From positions 22,221 through 86,220 of the forward strand of contig JAQWMJ010000006.1 of NCBI GenBank assembly GCA_029246845.1: a stretch of 64,000 bases of DNA. Direction: 5' to 3'. Below, in pieces: positions 52,122-61,546 of this stretch (positions within the stretch are counted from its first letter, which is position 1; each line of letters opens with the position of its first letter). This stretch comes from Thermodesulfobacteriota bacterium (GTDB lineage Bacteria > Desulfobacterota_D > UBA1144). Made by a program: the position numbers and the translations under genes. The notes below the pieces were generated by a model. It did no database searches and had not been told where the DNA came from. It worked only from the letters and a program-made list of their open reading frames with translations.

Positions 52122-53981
52122 ATGGCTGTTGAAAAACAATTAGAAGAACTAGAAATGGTTACGGTAAAATTTGCTGGTGACTCTGGGGACGGAATTCAAA
52201 TTACTGGTGATCAATTCGGTAATACGACCGCTATAGCCGGTAACGATTTTTCTACATTTCCCGATTTTCCATCTGAAATTCGTGCGCCTCTTGGAACAAC
52301 TTATGGAGTTTCTTCTTATCAAATACAATTTGCAGCCAAAGATATTTACACGCCAGGTGACACACCAGATGTTCTTGTTTGCTTTAACCCGGCTGCATTA
52401 AAAGTAAATATGAGCACCGTTAACAAGGGTGGAATAATCGTCGTTAATGAAGACGAGTTTATTCCTAAGAATCTGAAAAAAGCAGGTTTTGAATCTGATC
52501 CACTTGATCCAGAGGACACTTCTCTTCAAGACTTTAGAGTTCACAAGATTCCTATAACAACACTTACCTTAAAAGCTTTGGAAGACATGGAAGACATGGG
52601 TCACGCAGATAAGCTAAGATGCAAAAACTTTTTAGCATTAGGGGTTGTTTCTTGGCTATTCCAAAGACCTTTAGAGCCAATTGAAAATTTCTTAACAAAA
52701 AAATTTGGCAAAAAGCCTTTAATTTTAGAAGCTAATACAAAAGTTCTTCATGCAGGATACAACATGTGCGATACAATGGAGATTTTTCCGATAATGTACA
52801 AAATACCTGCAGCTAAGCTTGAACCAGGAACTTATCGAAATATTAATGGAGCATTAGCGACCTCTTACGGTCTACTTGCTGCCGCAGAAAAAATAGAACT
52901 TCCAATTGTTTATGCGGGATATCCAATTACACCAGCAAGTGAAATTCTTCATACTCTTGCAGCATTAAAACAATTTGATGTTGCCGCCATACAGACCGAG
53001 GATGAAATAGCCGCTGTAACTATGGCCCTTGGAGCCGCCTATGGTGGTTCACTTGGAATAACTGGAAGCTCAGGCCCCGGACTAGCACTTAAAATCGAAG
53101 CGATCAACTTGGCAGTAATGACAGAATTGCCATTAATAATTTTTAATTTTATGAGATCAGGAATTTCAACAGGAATGCCTACAAAAACCGAACAGGGTGA
53201 TTTGGCTATGGCTCTTTTTGGTAGACCTTCTGATTCTCACCTAATTGTTCTGGCTCCAGAGTCAGCATCTGATTGTTTTTGGATTTCAATTGAAGCAGTA
53301 AGGCTGGCAACAAAATATATGACGCCTGTAATAGTTTTATCTGAAGGATTCTTAGTAAATGCTTCTGAGCCATGGAAACTTCCTGATTTAAGCAAAATAC
53401 CTGAAATGGAACCGCCTTTTAGAACTGATCCTGAAAACTACCTTCCCTACATAAGAAACAAAGAAACTTTAGCTAGGGACTGGGTAAGGATAGGCACAAA
53501 AGGCTTAGAACATACAATTGGTGGCTTAGAGAAGATTAATGAAACCGGTGCAATTTCACAAGATCCAGAAAACCATGATTTGATGACAAGGTTAAGAGCA
53601 GAAAAAGTACAAAAAGTGCAAAATGATATTCCAGATGTTGAAGTTCTGGGAGATAAAGATGCAGACCTTGTTCTTTTAGGATGGGGTAGCGCGATAGGAA
53701 GCATGAGAGCTTCTGCTGAAGTAATTGCAAAAAGCGGCAAAAAAGTTGCAATAGTTAATTTAAGGTATATAAATCCTTTTCCTAAAAACTTAGAGGCAGT
53801 TTTAAAAAGCTTCAAAAAAGTTGCAGTCGTAGAGTTAAACTTAGGACAGTTGAATATGATAATCAGATCAAAATTTATGATTGATACTTCTTTTTTAGGA
53901 AGAGTAACGGGCCAACCAATTTCGGTTGTTGAAATGGTGGAATTTATAAATAATGAGTTAAACTTATTAAAAGAGCATTAA
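52122..53981 (+). CDS. korA: 2-oxoglutarate (2-oxoacid):ferredoxin oxidoreductase alpha subunit
   Basis: 619 aa; VKFAGDSGDGIQITG...GNDFSTFPDFPSEIRAP N-terminal signature; AGGTGA RBS. Confidence 0.82.
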   Translation: MAVEKQLEELEMVTVKFAGDSGDGIQITGDQFGNTTAIAGNDFSTFPDFPSEIRAPLGTTYGVSSYQIQFAAKDIYTPGDTPDVLVCFNPAALKVNMSTVNKGGIIVVNEDEFIPKNLKKAGFESDPLDPEDTSLQDFRVHKIPITTLTLKALEDMEDMGHADKLRCKNFLALGVVSWLFQRPLEPIENFLTKKFGKKPLILEANTKVLHAGYNMCDTMEIFPIMYKIPAAKLEPGTYRNINGALATSYGLLAAAEKIELPIVYAGYPITPASEILHTLAALKQFDVAAIQTEDEIAAVTMALGAAYGGSLGITGSSGPGLALKIEAINLAVMTELPLIIFNFMRSGISTGMPTKTEQGDLAMALFGRPSDSHLIVLAPESASDCFWISIEAVRLATKYMTPVIVLSEGFLVNASEPWKLPDLSKIPEMEPPFRTDPENYLPYIRNKETLARDWVRIGTKGLEHTIGGLEKINETGAISQDPENHDLMTRLRAEKVQKVQNDIPDVEVLGDKDADLVLLGWGSAIGSMRASAEVIAKSGKKVAIVNLRYINPFPKNLEAVLKSFKKVAVVELNLGQLNMIIRSKFMIDTSFLGRVTGQPISVVEMVEFINNELNLLKEH

Positions 53982-54001
53982 TTAATATTTAGGGAGTTTT
54001 T

Positions 54002-55015
54002 ATGAGTACTACTACAGAGGCAGTTAAATACAAAGCTAACGATTTTAAATCATCGGCTGAACCTAGGTGGTGTCCTGGTTGCGAAGATTATGCAATTTTA
54101 AAGGCTGTTCAAACAGCTATGGCACAAATAGGTAGACCTAAAAACGAACATGCAGTAGTATCTGGCATTGGTTGCTCGTCCAGATTTCCTTACTATATGG
54201 GCACATACGGATTTCATACAATACATGGAAGACCTCTTCCTATTGCAACAGGGCTAAAGATTTCTAATCCAGAATTAGCTGTTTGGGTTGTTACTGGAGA
54301 CGGTGACGGAATTTCTATTGGTGGAAATCATTTGATGCATGCATTAAGAAGAAATACTGATATGAATATTCTTCTGTTTGATAACAGGATATATGGCCTA
54401 ACAAAAGGTCAATACTCTCCTACTAGTGAAAAAGGTAAAATTAACAAAACAGCCCCATACGGAACAATCGAAGAACCTGCAGATCCTGCATCTTTAGCTG
54501 TTGAGTGCGGAGCATCTTTTGTTGCACAAATTTCTGCAACTTATGTAAAAGAACTTGTAGCCGTTTTAGTCGAAGCTTATAATCATAAAGGAACATCTTT
54601 TGTTCATATATATCAGAATTGCTACATATACAACAATGGAGCCTTTGATGGATTTACCGAAAGAAGCATTAGAGATGATAATAATATCAAAGTAGAACAT
54701 GGCAAACCTTTAATCTTCGGTGAAAAAAGCAATAAAGGTCTCGTTATGGGCTATGGTAAATTTGATATTGTCGAATTTGAACCAGAGAATGTACCAGACA
54801 ATGTAGTAATATACGATGAAACTGATTCAATATTAGTAAGAATGATTGTTGATATGAAGTTTCCTGAATTTCCCGTTCCGATGGGAGTGATAAAAAGGGT
54901 TAAACAGCCAACTTTTGATGACCGTATACATGAACAAATTGAATCCGCTAAGACAAAATTTAAACCTGATTTAAGTAGGCTTATTTCGTCTGGGGATACT
55001 TGGGAAGTTAAATAG
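54002..55015 (+). CDS. korB: 2-oxoglutarate (2-oxoacid):ferredoxin oxidoreductase beta subunit (TPP-binding)
   Basis: 337 aa; CPGCEDY and TGDGDGISIGGNH TPP motif. Confidence 0.82.
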   Translation: MSTTTEAVKYKANDFKSSAEPRWCPGCEDYAILKAVQTAMAQIGRPKNEHAVVSGIGCSSRFPYYMGTYGFHTIHGRPLPIATGLKISNPELAVWVVTGDGDGISIGGNHLMHALRRNTDMNILLFDNRIYGLTKGQYSPTSEKGKINKTAPYGTIEEPADPASLAVECGASFVAQISATYVKELVAVLVEAYNHKGTSFVHIYQNCYIYNNGAFDGFTERSIRDDNNIKVEHGKPLIFGEKSNKGLVMGYGKFDIVEFEPENVPDNVVIYDETDSILVRMIVDMKFPEFPVPMGVIKRVKQPTFDDRIHEQIESAKTKFKPDLSRLISSGDTWEVK

Positions 55016-55021
55016 ACTTAT

Positions 55022-55864
55022 ATGAACAGTGCTTTAAAGAAAAGTATTAGCACAATTCTAAATTCTTCTTTAAAAGAAGATAAAGTATTTACCGACATAA
55101 CCACACAAACCTTAATTGAAGATTCAAATTTGACTTGTGAGCTTATATTTAAAGAAAGTGGAATTTTGTGTGGTACAAAAATAGTTACCTATTTGATTAA
55201 AAAATTTAACGACAAAATAAACATTGTGTGGAAATTCAAAGAAGGGTCCTTTATTAAAAAAAATACTAGAATTGCTTCAATAGATGGACCAGGAAACAAG
55301 GTTCTTGCAATTGAAAGGGTTCTTCTAAATTTCTTGCAAAAGACATCAGGTATAGCAACTATAACTTATAATTTCTGTAAACTTATAAAAAACAAAAATA
55401 TTAATCTTTTAGATACAAGAAAGACCACCCCGGGGTGGAGATTAATAGAAAAATACTGTGTTAAGGTTGGGGGTGGACAAAATCATAGGATGGACTTGTC
55501 TGAACTTATATTAATTAAAGATAATCATATAAAGGCTCTTGGTGGAGTAGAGCATACTCTTGCAAAACTATTCAAAAAGAAAAACCGGATTCCTGTTGAG
55601 ATTGAAGTTAAATCTCTTTCTGAACTCGATAGTGCATTGAAATTTAAAATTAAAAGAGTTATGTTGGACAACTTTAGCGTGCCCAACATAAGAAAAGGGA
55701 TCAAAAGAATAAGGGAATTCCCTGGCATAGAGATAGAAATATCAGGTGGAATTAATATGTCTAAAATAAAAAAAATCTCCTCTTTAGATGTTGACTATAT
55801 TTCTGTAGGAACAATTACGCACTCATCGCCATCCATAGATATTTCTATGAATGTGTTAAAATAA
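55022..55864 (+). CDS. nadC: nicotinate-nucleotide pyrophosphorylase (quinolinate phosphoribosyltransferase)
   Basis: 280 aa; TRKTTPGWR..., IMLDNF motifs. Confidence 0.85.
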   Translation: MNSALKKSISTILNSSLKEDKVFTDITTQTLIEDSNLTCELIFKESGILCGTKIVTYLIKKFNDKINIVWKFKEGSFIKKNTRIASIDGPGNKVLAIERVLLNFLQKTSGIATITYNFCKLIKNKNINLLDTRKTTPGWRLIEKYCVKVGGGQNHRMDLSELILIKDNHIKALGGVEHTLAKLFKKKNRIPVEIEVKSLSELDSALKFKIKRVMLDNFSVPNIRKGIKRIREFPGIEIEISGGINMSKIKKISSLDVDYISVGTITHSSPSIDISMNVLK

Positions 55865-55867
55865 ACC

Positions 55868-56803
55868 ATGAACCTAAATATTTTGAAGCAAATATCTGAT
55901 CTTAAAAAAAAGAAAAATGCTGTAATTCTTGCACACAACTATCAAATACCCGAAGTTCAAGATATAGCGGATTTCATAGGAGACTCTTTAGGTCTTGCAA
56001 AAAAAGCATTAGAAGTTGAAGCAGAAATGATAATTTTTTGTGGCGTCCATTTTATGGCAGAAACTGCATCAATACTTTGTCCTAATAAGAAAATTTTATT
56101 ACCAGACCTAGAAGCAGGGTGTTCTTTAGCTGACTCTATAAACTTACAACAACTTCAGGATTGGAAAAAAAAGAATCCTGAAGCTGTAGTTGTCTCTTAT
56201 GTTAATACAAGTGCGGAAATAAAAGCAGAGAGTGACTACTGTTTTACTTCTTCAAATGCTGTAAAAATTGTTGAGTCAATCGATAAAGATAAAAAAATAC
56301 TTTTTCTGCCAGATATGTTTTTAGGTGCATATGTCCAAAGGAAAACAAAAAGAAAAATCGATATTTGGCCCGGCGAATGTCATGTTCATGCCGCTATGAC
56401 TTATGAAGAAATAAAAAACCTTAGAGAAGAGTATGTTGAAACTGAGGTTTTAATTCATCCTGAGTGTGCCTGTGGTTCAGAAGCTATGTATTATTCAGAA
56501 AAAAATAATGATAAAAATGTTCACTTTTTATCAACAGAGGCAATGATTAATAAAGCCAAAAGTTCGAGCGCTAAAAATATAATAGTGGCTACAGAAACTG
56601 GAGTTATTCACAAACTACAAAAAACATCCCCTGAAAAAAACTTCATACCAATAAACAGAACAGCAACTTGCAAATATATGAAAATGATTACTGTTGAAAA
56701 AGTTCTTGGAGCATTAAAATCTGAGGGACCAGAGGTAAAAGTAGCGAGCGAAATAGCAATTAAAGCTAAAACTGCAATTGATAGGATGGTGGGTATTGGA
56801 TAA
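55868..56803 (+). CDS. nadA: quinolinate synthase
   Basis: 311 aa; three Cys (CHVH..., ECACG...) and NadA family motifs. Confidence 0.85.
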   Translation: MNLNILKQISDLKKKKNAVILAHNYQIPEVQDIADFIGDSLGLAKKALEVEAEMIIFCGVHFMAETASILCPNKKILLPDLEAGCSLADSINLQQLQDWKKKNPEAVVVSYVNTSAEIKAESDYCFTSSNAVKIVESIDKDKKILFLPDMFLGAYVQRKTKRKIDIWPGECHVHAAMTYEEIKNLREEYVETEVLIHPECACGSEAMYYSEKNNDKNVHFLSTEAMINKAKSSSAKNIIVATETGVIHKLQKTSPEKNFIPINRTATCKYMKMITVEKVLGALKSEGPEVKVASEIAIKAKTAIDRMVGIG

Positions 56804-56875
56804 TGGCCGTGGGAAGATTCGAACTTCCGACATACGCCTTATGAGAGCGTCGCTCTACCCCTGAGCTACACGGCC
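56804..56875 (-). tRNA. tRNA with CAT anticodon (elongator tRNA-Met, or tRNA-Ile2 if lysidinylated); abuts the nadA stop codon
   Basis: Hand fold: acceptor GGCCGUG/CACGGCC (G1-C72 paired, so not an initiator), D-arm GCUC-AGGGGUA-GAGC, anticodon loop CUCAUAA, T-arm GGAAG-UUCGAAU-CUUCC. Confidence 0.78.
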
Positions 56876-56938
56876 GATGGATTTTGAGTTTATCATGTCC
56901 AAAGAGAGTTTCAAGGAAAGCTGGCTTAAAAAAAAATT

Positions 56939-57673
56939 ATGAATAAGAGTCTAGAAATCAAATATACAAACAGAAGAAGAGCTGTCCTCCTTGTACTTTC
57001 AGCTATTTTCATATCATCAATGACAATGCTTAATCTTCTAGGAACATCACGATTCCTAGATTTAAGCTTTAATCTTTTGGGTTTACAAATCCCCGTGGTT
57101 TTAGCTGTTGGAGTTTTGCCCTATCCCATAACTTTTTTATGTACAGACCTAATATCCGAAATTTATGGTGAAGAGATGGCTTCTGAGCTTGTATGGACAG
57201 GGTTAATTGTAAACATTTGGCTTGCAATAATACTTTGGATAGGTGGGCTGATACCTGCCTTTACAACGAACAATCTCAGTGTGGACGCCGATAATGCATT
57301 CATGATTATAAGGTCCTTGTCCCTGAGCACTATAACGGCCTCGATGATTGCTTATTTTCTAGCACAATATTCTGATGTAAAAATATTTCATTTTTTAAAA
57401 AAACTCACAAAAGGCAAGCATTTATGGCTAAGAAACAATGGGTCTACTATGATTAGCTCTTTAATAGACACTATCTGTGTTATCTCAATCACACATTATT
57501 TATCAAGATCAATACCGCTTCCTGAATCAGAGTCAGAATTAGAAGGATTGTTCTTGCTTGTATCATATGCATATATTTTTAAATTTATAATTGCTCTTCT
57601 TGATACGCCTTTATTGTATATTGGCGTAAAACATTTAAAAAAATACCTTGGGATCAATGATCGAGATTTCTAA
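56939..57673 (+). CDS. yhhQ: queuosine-precursor transporter, YhhQ/DUF165 (VUT) family
   Basis: 244 aa membrane protein; LPYPITFLCTDLISEIYG signature of DUF165. Confidence 0.75.
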   Translation: MNKSLEIKYTNRRRAVLLVLSAIFISSMTMLNLLGTSRFLDLSFNLLGLQIPVVLAVGVLPYPITFLCTDLISEIYGEEMASELVWTGLIVNIWLAIILWIGGLIPAFTTNNLSVDADNAFMIIRSLSLSTITASMIAYFLAQYSDVKIFHFLKKLTKGKHLWLRNNGSTMISSLIDTICVISITHYLSRSIPLPESESELEGLFLLVSYAYIFKFIIALLDTPLLYIGVKHLKKYLGINDRDF

Positions 57674-57702
57674 CTTGATAGAACTGTTGTTATAATAACT
57701 TT

Positions 57703-59061
57703 ATGGCAATGAATGTTAAAAAGCTACCGCAAAACAATGAAGCAGAACAAGCGGTGCTTGGTTCTATTTTAATAGACCAAGAAGCTATGAATTTAGCACT
57801 TGAAGAAATTGGTGAAAACGATTTTTATGACGAAAACCATAAAAAAATATTCTCTGCTATGGTTGACTTAGACAAGGAAAGTAAGCCAATTGATATATTA
57901 ACACTATATGACAAGTTGAAGTCAAAAAAATCTTTATTAAAAGAAGTTGGTGGTAGTTCATATCTTAGCCAATTAATAGAAATTGTTCCTAGCTCGTCAA
58001 ATGTAGTTTTCTATGCAAAATCCGTAAGAGAGAAGTCAATATTAAGGAGCATGATTAAGACAGCATCTGAGATTATAGATGAAGGGCAAACAGACCAAGT
58101 TGAAGTTGATGAGTTTGTTGATCAGGCCGAGAAGAAATTGTTTGAAATTAGTCAAAACAAAAAGAGGTCTGGCTTTGTTTCAACTGCTGAACTTGCAACA
58201 GAAACTATAAAAATAATTGAAACTTTAACAACAAGAAAAATGGCTATTACTGGGATTGCCAGTGGCTTTAAAAAGTTGGACAAAATGACTGCTGGTTTCC
58301 AAAATTCTGATTTAATCATAATTGCAGCAAGGCCCGGTATGGGTAAAACCTCCTTTAGTTTAAATATTGTTATGCATGCAGGCTTAGTTCATGGACTTAA
58401 GGTAGGTTTTTTCTCTCTAGAGATGGCGAAAGAACAGCTAATGATGAGAATGCTTTCTGCAAAATCTAAGCTAAATTTTGGCAAAATTAGAACAGGGTTT
58501 CTATCAGATTCCGAGTTTCAAAAAACTGTTGCTGCTGCAGAATCTTTACAAAGAGCGAATATATTTATAGATGATACACCTGCTCTTACCTCTCTGGACC
58601 TAAGGTCCAGAACAAGGCGTCTAAAGAGCGACAAAGGTATAGATATTTTAGTTGTTGATTATCTTCAATTAATGCGGGGCTCTTCCAGAACAGATAATCG
58701 CGAAAGAGAAATTGCTGAGATTTCTTTGTCTCTTAAAGCCCTTGCTAAGGAACTACAAATCCCTATTATTGCCATTTCTCAGCTTAGCAGACAAACTGAA
58801 GCCAGGACAGATAAGAAACCACAGCTTTCAGATCTAAGAGAAAGTGGTGCGCTAGAACAAGATGCTGATATGGTAATTTTTCTTCATCGTGCCGACGCCT
58901 ATAAAAGAATCGCTGACGAAAGAGACGGTTTAGCCGAGGTTATTATTGGTAAACAACGTAACGGTCCGACTGGAACAGTTTCTTTGGCCTTCCTAGATAC
59001 ACAAGGAGTTCCTAGCTTTGAGAATCTTGCGGATGAATACACAGAGGAACCTAGGGACTAG
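57703..59061 (+). CDS. dnaB: replicative DNA helicase
   Basis: 452 aa; Walker A ARPGMGKTSF, IISQLSR, arginine finger region; no intein. Confidence 0.9.
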   Translation: MAMNVKKLPQNNEAEQAVLGSILIDQEAMNLALEEIGENDFYDENHKKIFSAMVDLDKESKPIDILTLYDKLKSKKSLLKEVGGSSYLSQLIEIVPSSSNVVFYAKSVREKSILRSMIKTASEIIDEGQTDQVEVDEFVDQAEKKLFEISQNKKRSGFVSTAELATETIKIIETLTTRKMAITGIASGFKKLDKMTAGFQNSDLIIIAARPGMGKTSFSLNIVMHAGLVHGLKVGFFSLEMAKEQLMMRMLSAKSKLNFGKIRTGFLSDSEFQKTVAAAESLQRANIFIDDTPALTSLDLRSRTRRLKSDKGIDILVVDYLQLMRGSSRTDNREREIAEISLSLKALAKELQIPIIAISQLSRQTEARTDKKPQLSDLRESGALEQDADMVIFLHRADAYKRIADERDGLAEVIIGKQRNGPTGTVSLAFLDTQGVPSFENLADEYTEEPRD

Positions 59062-59063
59062 AT

Positions 59064-59822
59064 CTAAAGTGATATAGATACAGGGCAATGGTCAGAGCCA
59101 AACACATCGTTGTGAATTTGAGCATCCTTAATCTTGTCAATTTGTGAAACCCAAAAATAATCAATTCTCCAACCCGCATTGTTTTGCCTAGCATTCCTCA
59201 TATATGTCCACCATGAATATTTGACCTCATCTGGATAAAAATATCTAAAAGTGTCAACAAATCCTTTTTTTTGAAATTTATCCAACCAATCTCTTTCTAT
59301 CCGAAGGAAGCCAGAAGTATTTTCGTTAGGCTTAGGGTGCCTTAGGTCAATCTCGTTGTGTGCAATATTATAGTCTCCACATATTATGATATTTTTCTTC
59401 TTTCTTTTTAACTTTAAAAACATGTCGTAGGCTGCGTCATGAAACCTAAACTTATAATCAAGCCTAATATCATTCATTTGACCATTAGGAAAATAAAAAT
59501 TAAGCAAAATAAACTTGTCATATTCGGCTATTAGGGTTCTTCCTTCATCATCCAAGTCCTGATCAGAATCAAGGGTTGTTGAAACATTACGAGGCTCCTC
59601 CTTGGTGTATATGGCAACACCTGAGTATCCCTTTTTGTATTTAGGAGAATCAAAAATAGATAAATATCCAGGTATTTTAAGCAAATCGTCTCCTAATTGC
59701 TCAACGTGTGCCTTAGTTTCTTGAAGACATAATATGTCTGGAGAATAATCTGAAATGAAATTTAAGAATCCCTTCTTCTTTACAGCTCTAATTCCGTTTA
59801 CATTCCAAGAAAATATATTCAT
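59064..59822 (-). CDS. xth: exodeoxyribonuclease III (AP endonuclease family 1)
   Basis: 252 aa; MNIFSWNVNGIRA...LCLQETK, C-terminal SDHCPV. Confidence 0.88.
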   Translation of the reverse strand: MNIFSWNVNGIRAVKKKGFLNFISDYSPDILCLQETKAHVEQLGDDLLKIPGYLSIFDSPKYKKGYSGVAIYTKEEPRNVSTTLDSDQDLDDEGRTLIAEYDKFILLNFYFPNGQMNDIRLDYKFRFHDAAYDMFLKLKRKKKNIIICGDYNIAHNEIDLRHPKPNENTSGFLRIERDWLDKFQKKGFVDTFRYFYPDEVKYSWWTYMRNARQNNAGWRIDYFWVSQIDKIKDAQIHNDVFGSDHCPVSISL

Positions 59823-59870
59823 AAAATTAGTTTATAATAATTCTTCCCATCATGTTAGTGGAAATTATAT

Positions 59871-60494
59871 ATGAAATTTATTATTGTACCTTTTAAAAAC
59901 TTTAAATCAGCTAAAACACGCATGAGAAAAGACTTGTCCGGTCAGGAAACTGAAAAAATTGTTGAAAAAATGCTCATTCATGTTTTACAAGAAGTTTCAA
60001 AGTCACAAATGTCAGACGAAAACTTTATCATTACAAATGACAAAAAAGCTATAAGCATTGCAGCTAAAATTGGAATCAAAATAATTGAGGAAGAAAAGCA
60101 GCTTAGTGAAAGTGTTTCAATTGATTTTGCGTCAAAAATTCTAAAAGAAAAAGGTGCGACGAGCGTCTTAAGAATTCCGGGTGATTTGCCACTTTTAAGC
60201 TTCAAAGATATTGATTATATTTTTAAGAAAGCCATGGAACACAACTCCTGTATAGTAGTCCCCTCCAAAAGTGGTAGTGGCACCAACGCAATGCTTAGAA
60301 CACCACCGGATATTATTCAATCATTTTTTGGAGAAAACAGTTTGCAAAAACATATTAAAGAGTTTGAAGATAAAAAAGTCCAATATAAGATTTTAGAAAA
60401 TGAAAATATTGGACTTGATATAGACTGTCTGAATGACCTTAAACACTTTCGCGAAAGTCACTCCAACAATAGTAAACATAGTCCTATTGGCTGA
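59871..60494 (+). CDS. cofC: 2-phospho-L-lactate (phosphoenolpyruvate) guanylyltransferase, F420 biosynthesis
   Basis: 207 aa; MKFIIVPFK..AK.R, ...VVPSKSGSGTNAML..., FGENSLQKH, matching CofC family motifs; lacks the MobA GG motif. Confidence 0.6.
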   Translation: MKFIIVPFKNFKSAKTRMRKDLSGQETEKIVEKMLIHVLQEVSKSQMSDENFIITNDKKAISIAAKIGIKIIEEEKQLSESVSIDFASKILKEKGATSVLRIPGDLPLLSFKDIDYIFKKAMEHNSCIVVPSKSGSGTNAMLRTPPDIIQSFFGENSLQKHIKEFEDKKVQYKILENENIGLDIDCLNDLKHFRESHSNNSKHSPIG

Positions 60495-60792
60495 TTACTG
60501 CTAAAATGTCTCTTTCTTCGAGGACCATAAGGTCTTTGTTCTCAATATTAACCTCTGCTCCACCAAACTTACTAAAAAGAACTTTGTCGCCTTTTTTAAC
60601 TGTTAGCGGAGTAACATTTCCTTTCTGATCAGCTCTTCCAGACCCAACAGCAACAACTGTTGCCTCAAGTGGCTTTTCTTGAGAACTATCAGGAATGATA
60701 ATACCGCCCTGTGTTGTACTTTCAGCCTCGTTTCTTTCAACTAAAACAAACGCTCCCAAAGGTCTTACAGTTTTTTTCTTAGATTTACCCAT
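60484..60792 (-). CDS. groES: co-chaperonin GroES (10 kDa) with an 8-aa basic N-terminal extension; no groEL adjacent
   Basis: 102 aa; VRPLGAFVLVER...GGIIIPDSS...VVAVGSGR...GDKVLFSKFGG...DILAVI matches GroES throughout. Confidence 0.8.
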   Translation of the reverse strand: MGKSKKKTVRPLGAFVLVERNEAESTTQGGIIIPDSSQEKPLEATVVAVGSGRADQKGNVTPLTVKKGDKVLFSKFGGAEVNIENKDLMVLEERDILAVISQ

Positions 60793-60857
60793 TATAAACT
60801 CCCCTTAAACTTTAACTTACTTATAAAGTAATCATGTTTATTGAACATTCAAGTCAA

Positions 60858-61511
60858 TTAAATAAATTTAATTGAAAATTCATGTTTATGCTTCTTGTTC
60901 ATATTTATTATCAATGGAGTAATAGCCTCTATCATTGAAGAAATTTCGAGTGGTCCAGCATCTATAGCTTTAAGACTTGGCATTTCTTCAGTTAACTTTG
61001 AAACTATTGCTTTGGCTTCATCATCATTACCACAAATAACAACATCATAGTCTAGGGGTTTTTGAAAATTAGCCAAACCTTTTGCAGGAATATTGTGATA
61101 AGCACTTACGACTCTTACTGAATCTGGTAACACGTTTTGAATATCAATAGCTGCGGATCCAGAATCTGGTGGATCATAAGAAACAACTTTTCCAAACTTC
61201 ATAGGGACAACTGGCGAGATCACAATTTGATTTGTGAAAGAGCTGGAAATACCTTCCAAGGTTGATTTTGTGTATTCAGGAGGCAAACATACAACGACTA
61301 CTTCGCTTGCTTTTGCAGCCTCTCCGTTTTCCATACCGAGTATACTTTTATCAACACCTTGCTCTTTTGCTTTCTCATTTATCTCCGCTGCAGCAGTGTC
61401 TGCTTTTTCTTGGGTTCTAGAACCTATTAAAACTTCGTGGCCTGCTTTGGCCCACCTTATTACAAGACCTTCAGCAAAAGACCCTGTTCCACCTAATAAA
61501 CTGATTTTCAT
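60858..61511 (-). CDS. fno: NADPH-dependent F420 reductase (F420H2:NADP+ oxidoreductase)
   Basis: 217 aa; MKISLLGGTGSFAEGL, GHEVLIGSR, VISPVVP, VVICGNDDEAK, IDAGPL, ITPLIINM, SIKFI, all Fno/NpdG family motifs; AAAGGAGA RBS. Confidence 0.75.
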   Translation of the reverse strand: MKISLLGGTGSFAEGLVIRWAKAGHEVLIGSRTQEKADTAAAEINEKAKEQGVDKSILGMENGEAAKASEVVVVCLPPEYTKSTLEGISSSFTNQIVISPVVPMKFGKVVSYDPPDSGSAAIDIQNVLPDSVRVVSAYHNIPAKGLANFQKPLDYDVVICGNDDEAKAIVSKLTEEMPSLKAIDAGPLEISSMIEAITPLIINMNKKHKHEFSIKFI

Positions 61512-61546
61512 TTAATTCTCCTTTAATCAAATTATGATTGGAAATA

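Noticed and set aside
56876-56938. Possible preQ1 riboswitch in front of the YhhQ queuosine-precursor transporter
   Set aside because: There is an A9 tail before the start codon, but I could not form the required P1 stem (no complement to the AGAGAG segment) or find the conserved UUC...C loop. Only ~60 nt are available after the tRNA gene.
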